From Octopus vulgaris (Eukaryota), in contig OX597828.1 of the NCBI GenBank assembly GCA_951406725.2, forward strand, positions 10,726,001 through 10,790,000: 64,000 bases of DNA, read 5' to 3'. Every line of letters starts with the position of its first letter. The stretch's first letter is position 1. Of the stretch, positions 56,217 to 64,000 are shown piece by piece. The translations under genes were made by a program, and so were the position numbers. A model generated the notes under the pieces. It searched no databases, was not told where the DNA came from, and saw nothing but the letters and a program-made list of their open reading frames with translations.

Positions 56217-56548
56217 TGGTTAAGATACATAATTAGAAATATAGGAATGCGAACCCACACACATACACACTCATATGGATTGAGGACATGATAATGTTTC
56301 CTGTATTTACGCATTCACTTAAGTAGAAACGCTAAACTAGAAGTGAGATTATCAATCGCAACCCATACTAACCTACTTCTGTATGAGTGCGTGTGTGTGC
56401 GTGTGTGCAAACGTGTATGTGTATGTGTGCATATGGTGTGTGCTTGAAGGTTTTTGTATATGTCTGTGTATAGAGAACTAAATCATTGTAATGCTAAGCC
56501 TGACCCGAATATTCTAGATCTCTGTTGATATGCGTCGTGCTATGAGTT

Positions 56549-56643
<95 letters not shown>

Positions 56644-56678
56644 TACATACAAATTAAAATGTATATAATATATATATA

Positions 56679-56728
<50 letters not shown>

Positions 56729-57009
56729 GTATATATATATAAGACACACATCCATGCAGAATCGTCTGTACATATAAGTAGATAAATAATTATAATTCTC
56801 CAACTGCGTGAGTGCATGTCTTATGAGATATAACAGGTTTATCAAGCAAATGTATTATACATACGCATATGAAATCGTGTGGAAGTGTGTTTGTGAGACT
56901 GTGTGAGCGTGTGCCTACGTGTGTGTGTGTGTCCATGTGTATGTGTTTGTGTAGTTTCAGGTATTTGCCCACCTTGTCAAAATGGGTTTTTATTGAACTT
57001 ATCTAAATA

Positions 57010-58561
57010 TAGTGCCTATATAAATATATTTTGGTAGGTACAATTGTTTAAAGGAAAAACAGCAGTTTTTTGACACAGCATGTCTCTGCCTTGGAAATCA
57101 AACAAATGTTTAATTTCCAAAATATTTTTTTTATTTTAAGGAGCAAACAGAGAAACAAAATAATTGGATAGTTCAAAATTATTGGTACTTCTACAACATT
57201 CGGTTATCAATCAGTCAATAGTGTATCAATTGTGCTCAATAAATGATACACCTTCGATCTTCATGGTTAGCTTTCAATTCGCTTCACGCATAGATAAGAA
57301 AATAATTTAGCCCACCTTCAATCGTATACTATTCCCACAAAATGGCCTTCTTGCTTTCACTCTTTTCTTTAGCCCCCATCATAATGTTTCTATCAGACCT
57401 TCAACTGGCCATCGGGCAAGATCTGTCTTGCTTTCTTTCTATCAATTTTAGATTAAAAGTGAGGTATGTTTGGGATCATTGTCCTGCTTGAAGGTCCATC
57501 GGCGTCCTAATCCCAAAAGTTTCGCCGACGACTTCTGATTTTCAGTCAAACTATCGACATAATTTTCTTTTTCATCGTTCCTTCAATTCGAATTAGCTTT
57601 CCAGTGACTTGAACAGAAAAAAACTGTTCTACAGCGTTATGTTACCTCCACCATATTTGAACGTAGGGATGGCATTCTTCGGATTGTAGCCTTCTTTATC
57701 CTTCAATTGGTAGTCCTTTCGTTTTAAACGAATAACCTGTGTTTGGTTTCGTCAGACCAGAGAACAGAGCAACAAAAACGTTCAGGCTTCTTCAGAAAGT
57801 CCCTCGCCAACTTCATACGGGCAGTTAAGTTCTTCGTCTTCAACAATGGCGTCTCAGAGTGAAGGTACGCCTTGAAGCTTCTCTGTTGAGAGCTCGGGTA
57901 ATCGTTGACCTTGAAGTATTTAAACAGATAGTTCTCATTGTTAATCATTTTGATTAACATCCACTCATCTCCTTCTGAAAAGCACTTCTTTCTGCTGAGT
58001 TCACTCCTGTTCTGTAACAAACCGGTATCTTGATGCTTCACGATTATGATGCGAACAGTAGATCTAGCCATAGATAATATCGTATACGCCTCTCCAGCAA
58101 CTCAACATCAATAATATTTTTCCTAAAGCCAGAACTGTACGCCGTACTGTCGCAGACAAGATCGTTTGTTGACCCAAAGAAGGCTGTTAAAGGATTGTGC
58201 GAATGAAAATAAATAGCCTTGTCAGACGTTTTTCGAGGAGTTTGTGTATTTTAGAGTTTTCTAAGGATTACGAAATCTCTATAATTCGACACGTATTCTT
58301 ATATGGTAGGCCAAATCAAGGTTCTTTGCAACGCAATAGTCAAATCTTTATGCAGGTGCCAATAATTTTCAGCCGTGCTTGAAATTTTTATCGATTGAAA
58401 TTACCTTATTATACACCGGCAGATGTTCTTTCGCAAATTCTATACCTCAGTCGTTCATATTATTGTGACATAAGAGCACTTTCGTGGTTATCAAATTTCC
58501 GCAAGAAATGCAATAAAAAATCCCTTTTTAGCAAATGTGTCAATAATTGTGCTCATGAGTG
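57010..58561 (-). mobile_element. Decayed Tc1-family DNA transposon
   Basis: ORF 57724-58071 has ARMKLAR..VLWSDETK; other frames give PTFKYGGGNI and GRRWTFKQDNDPKHTS; subterminal repeats (CAATAATT) at ~58353, ~58533 and inverted at ~57171. Left end approximate. Confidence 0.85.
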
Positions 58562-59449
58562 TATACGCTGTATATGCGATATTTGTCATAAAATTACTGA
58601 TTTCAATTTGTGGTATTTAATTCCGAAAAATAGTCCCTAAGCACTACAGCACTACAGCACGGCACGTATTTATTTGATTCTGTATAGAAAAGTATTACTG
58701 AGTTTCGGTTGTAACTTTTAATGCACAGAACCTAATAATGTCAAGCGCTTGTTTCAGCAATCTATCGATTATACCACTCTGGTGGTGTCAATGATCATAT
58801 GTACTATATAGCGTATCTGGTGGTATTGGTCTGTCATTCAGAGCTATCTCAATGTTTGACTGGTACTTTAGAAAACGATTCACCGGGGTTATAACGTAAG
58901 GTTAAATTCGACGCTATTGTGCCAATCCTTCAATTTTGCTACTCTGGTAAGAATAGTGATGACGGTCTTCAGCTATGTGTTTCCTTATATTTAAAACAGA
59001 TTCTGAAATTATCATCGTCAGTATTTTTGCTATTATTCATGTTCTTGTTATTATTAATTCTGTCGTTGTTTTAATATTTTGGTTGTTATTGTTGCTTATA
59101 ATTGGAAGTGAGTGGATGTACAAAATACAACTCCCTCTGAGATCAGACTATTCATTTATTGAAAAACAAATATTTTTTAACAAACAAACGTAGAATATAT
59201 TCTAATATATAAATAAGAACGATTTTTTTGTTTCTGATAACGCCAATAGCGATGGAAGAAATCTTGTCAGTGCTGCTATAGAAAAAGCGAATTCATTGGT
59301 AAAGTGTTTGAACGCCTGGAAGAAAAAGGGGAAAAGGAACAACATTTTACAAAATTTAGAACATCGTTTGCCTATATAATTAGCCTTATATAAATCAGCA
59401 GAAATGTGTTGCCGAAATAGACAGGTGTTTTTACCTGTCGTCATAGAAA

Positions 59450-60264
59450 TATTTAGAAGCTTCGGAGTATACGTGCAATGATTTATTTTCCATCATAGCA
59501 GAGCATATAGAAGTGTGAACATAAGGACATAATAAGGAGAGATGTAGAGTTGGTGCACTACATATCTTCCCAGAGTATTATGCGACATGTGGAGTTGGCG
59601 TTTCGCGCATCTTCCACATGGTGTCCCCATATATGATGACAGAATGCAAAGGGCATTAGTAATAACCGTCAACCTTGGATTTTCGCTACCTGTGATAGAG
59701 AGGAGATGAGCGCAGAAATAACATGAAATAATACCGTGCCATGTGGCTATCTGTATAAATATGCAAGCGCTAATATCCTTCGAAGAGGACTAATTTAAAG
59801 CTCGGATTCGTATCATAATATTGGTGCAAAAAGTAAAACAATTATATTTGGTTGTAGAATAGGATGTTTAAGTAGCTGTAAAAAAGTCGTATCAGGATTT
59901 TCTGCCCAAAATAGGCAGAAATCATCAAAGGGAGAACGGCAACAAAAGGCCCGGATCAAAATCTCGTTGTACCAGAAGTCGATATCCCAGAAGACAATGG
60001 ATCCGCTCCAAGTGTTATCACACCATCGTTTGACAAGATGAAAGCTTGACACGGCAGTTAGTGGAACTCACTGAAAGGTGTGCTGCATATTAATAAAGGA
60101 ATGCCGGTAATATATGAAAAATATATTCTTTTCTACCCTAGACACAAGGCTCGAAATTTTTGAGGAGGGGGCCAGTCGATCCTAATACGCAACTAGTACT
60201 TAATGTATCGACCTCAAAAGGGTGAAAGACAAAGTCGACCTCGGCGGAATTTGAACTCAGAACG

Positions 60265-60311
<47 letters not shown>

Positions 60312-60960
60312 CACCGCTAACAATTTCGCCCAGCGTACTAACGTTTCTGCCAGCTCACCGCCTTGTATGAAAAATATATTAGATGAAGGCTGATTGAGAG
60401 ATTATATTATTAGGAGACAATTGCAGCTGACGTTGCTGGCGATTGGAATGAGCCTCAATCATTTCTTCAGTGCGACACACTATGGTTGCGTTGTCATATC
60501 AAATCACGTGCTCTATGACACGGCACAACTAAAAGCCATTCATTGGGCATCTAAGGCAGAGGTATATCACTGCAACTGAACCGCAATTCTTACTTCAATT
60601 GATCAAAATGAAAGCATCCTTTTCCATTCCAAGGATATCGCTTGATTCTCAATATGTGTTTAGGTGGGAAGTCCAACACAGGGTGCTCGGCATTTGGAAT
60701 TTAGTCACGCACAGCCCTCAACTAGTCACGCAATGTGGTCGGTGGAACGTCCGAATATGGCGTTCAAAGAGAGTAAATGAAGCAGGAATTTCTGCGATAT
60801 TCTCCTGGTAATTCAATGGGAAACTTATTCGAAAGATGATCGAATATGGCGACTAGGGTGTATGTGAACGGTTCTTGTCTGAGCATGAAGCTGTAAGCTT
60901 GTAAGCGAAATGAAAAGGAAGACATGGGCCTTTAATTCTCCGTGATTGGTTCCAAGCAAG
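59450..60960 (-). pseudogene. Ancient LINE RT relic interrupted by a SINE
   Basis: GC-richer block; minus strand near 59920-59985 reads TSGTTRF*SGPF..FDDF, loosely like SGVPQGSVLGPLLF..NDL; very eroded. Confidence 0.3.
60128..60365 (-). mobile_element. SINE family C with internal (TA)n and 15-bp TSD
   Basis: TATGAAAAATATATT at 60113-60127 and 60366-60380; AAAGTCGACCTCGGCGGAATTTGAACTC core. Confidence 0.88.
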
Positions 60961-61545
60961 TAACTCACAAACTGAGGAATTTGGTTTTCTGAAATTATGT
61001 TGTTACTTGTTTTCATAGTACTTTTAACGCATCACACGCAAATCTCCATCATTGTATATTCTGGTTTCTGAGGTTTTGAGGCTTCCTCTCAATAAATAAA
61101 TGTGTGTGTGTGTATATGTGGGACAGAGTGTGTGGGCTTTTGTTTTTGTATATAGGTGTTTGTGTGTGTGTTTATGTAGGTATTATGTGTATGTATGTAC
61201 GTATGTATGTATACATTCATTCGGGCTTCTCGATATTTTAAAGTTTAATTTTTAATGGCAAGAATCCAGTTGGACCGCATATTGAATTATCAGCAAAGTA
61301 AATTAAAATGTACATAATGTCAATCTACATACATTTAAATTCCTCTTTTTTTTTTTTAGTTTCCGAGCAAAAATTTCATTTTAGAATGTATTTTATAACA
61401 CAAAATTTTGACACTTTTATCACATTGATTTGGCATTCTTGATTCGACCCGTTCTCGAACTTAATATAAATACACGTACATTTGTATAAAGTAATTGAAA
61501 TTACTATACACACGCGTGCACAAACGCACACACCTATACACATAT

Positions 61546-61625
<80 letters not shown>

Positions 61626-61684
61626 AGATAGATAGAAAGATAGATATAGATATAGTTAAAGATAGATAGACTTTTATATACATG

Positions 61685-61756
<72 letters not shown>

Positions 61757-62586
61757 TATCGCTGTATATTTTATGCCTTTCGCTATGTATTTGCATGTCA
61801 AAACACGGTTAGAGTGCATCTAAATCGAGCCTAATACAAATCTTATGCGCTCAGTTTCGACAATTACATGTCGTGCAAGCTCAAGTGTAATCATTTTTAG
61901 GCCAATATTACAAATAAATTTCAGAAATGGTTGGCTTGTCAGGTTCACTTCGGTATATTAAAATTTCGTAACAGGCTCTATGGCCACGAAATTATAAATA
62001 GTAAGACATGTATTACACATCGTTTTCTCTTGATATATATTCGATTCATCTACATCACGTGGATTTAAATTCTGCAGTTGCTATATTGTATTAGAAGCTC
62101 TTATTCAGAATCGAAAGTATTGTGAAAATGCCTTCTATGATTTCCTTCACGAAGAGAGCAAGGTGTATGGTTTTGAACTACACGCAGCTCTGTACTGATG
62201 GATCGGATTATGCAGTGATAAGGAAACATGTACAAATACATAAATACATACACGCACACACACACACACATGTAAATATGTGTGTGTGATAGTATGTATG
62301 TATATACATACTATCACACACACATCACACACAATTATATACGTTTTTATCATTTTTTTTGGAAATTTACTTAATCATTGGTATTTTATTGTTATTTTAA
62401 TTTTAATATTTCTATTAAATGTAATTTTCAAGATGGTGTAATTTAATTGTTCATTTTGAATTGATAAAATGTGTTTTTTTCTAATTTTATATATATATTG
62501 TATTGTGTGAAATTTGATTTAGTATTTCTAAATTGAATTTTTTTCCCTGTAAGTTAGGATTAATATTCCCTCAAATAACTATATAT

Positions 62587-62972
62587 TTACTCTTTTACTT
62601 GCGTCAGTCATTTGATTGCGGCCATGCAGGAGCACCACTTTTCATCGAGCAAATCGACCCCAGGACTTATTCTTTGTAAGCCTAGTACTTATTCTATCGG
62701 TATCTTTTGCCGAATCGCTAAGTTACGGGGACGAAAATACACCAGCATCGGTTGTCAAACGATGTTGGGCAGACAAACACAGACACAAAGACATATACAC
62801 ATACATGTATACGTATATACGACGGGCTTCTTTCAGTTTCCGTCTACCAAAGCCACTCACAAGCCTTTGGTCAATCTGAGGATATAGTAGAAAACATTAG
62901 CCCAAGTTGTCACGCAGTGGGAATGAACCCAGAAGTATGTGGCTGGTAAGCTAGCTACTTACCACACAGCCA
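62587..62972 (-). mobile_element. SINE family A
   Basis: Reverse complement of 5749-6198 from TGGCTGTGTGGTAAG to AGTAAAAGAGTAAA. Confidence 0.9.
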
Positions 62973-62995
62973 CGTATGCATGTATGTATGTATTT

Positions 62996-63065
<70 letters not shown>

Positions 63066-63481
63066 GTATTTACATACATACACATATATATATATAAGTA
63101 CAAAATAAGGGATTACCTCAAATTGACTACTAGGTTGCTCCCAGTTAGGTATTCAAAATATGTTAATCAACGGTTAACCTATAAATGAAATTCAGTTCTT
63201 ATAAGAAAAGGAATTAGAGGAATATTCCATTAAGAACTCAGGCCTCTAAGCAGGTATCACTATGGCAACTCTCTCAGTCATGGTCAATAAGATGATTACA
63301 CGCTACGATCCTTTCTTCCAAGAACAGTTGGAAACAGCAGAAGTGAGTTAGAAGGTTTAACCTTAGTGCGCATGCACAACACAAGTTGAAGGTAAATCAA
63401 CGCCAAGCGTCCTTAAACCGTTTGCTTTATCTTCGTTACGATGGCAATAGTCCGGATACTTTTTGATCAGATCTCGTATAC

Positions 63482-63528
<47 letters not shown>

Positions 63529-64000
63529 CTATACATCCAGAAACAATATGACCATCTGTGTAATCTTATAAAGAGCAAAAAACCTTTTCTTTCATCTGCA
63601 GGTCTTATCGACATGCAAATTTTTTATGATTTCCTTTCTGACGAATGAAATATTTGTCGGTCATTTAGAAAATGATATTTTTAATCGTACATATTATTAG
63701 AGATCATAACCTTGTTCTCTTTTGTAGATGAAATGACGGATATTTGTATATGACGTACAATAAATTGGTGGAATTGACACAGATGTTGGAATGCCGTACC
63801 ATAACTTTAGAGGCTTTTGATTTAGAGATATTTATATATCTCTGTACGAACACACCTATTTATCGATTTCATTCTCGTCGGATAAAACAGAAAGTGACAC
63901 AAATATTATAAGATTCAAGATTCAATTCAAAAGACCTAGAAACAGTAATTTTACAAAAGTCCTCCCCATATATATATATATATATATATATAGATATAGA

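Noticed and set aside
63262-63349. Possible first coding exon MATLSVMVNKMITRYDPFFQEQLETAE followed by GTGAGT
   Set aside because: Peptide unrecognised, and another frame reads RSFLPRTVG, like LINE C-terminal SF.PRT motifs; not supportable.

Overview
AT-rich, microsatellite-saturated eukaryotic non-coding DNA (intergenic or a large intron). The SINE, LINE and simple-repeat content strongly resembles an octopus or other coleoid cephalopod genome; this is an inference and no database search was run. No intact host protein-coding gene is supported. Almost all listed ORFs are translations of (TA)n, (CA)n, (GATA)n or trinucleotide arrays, and the few with real homology are broken transposon genes. 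Recognisable content: three tRNA-derived SINE families (called A, B and C here, several copies with target-site duplications), LINE relics (R4/Dong-type, Tx1/L1-type, CR1-like, RTE-like), an internally deleted mariner, a decayed Tc1, a MITE, and a near-identical 1873-bp tandem duplication bounded by (GT)n. The most interesting signal is a set of short, microsatellite-abutting, often inverted-duplicated repeats resembling Penelope-like element (PLE) termini that carry minimal type-I hammerhead ribozyme (HHR) motifs. One (33563-34015) joins a tRNA-like head, a (TAA)n spacer and a hammerhead. Another family repeatedly shows a non-canonical CUGUNGA core. Coordinates of degenerate elements are approximate.
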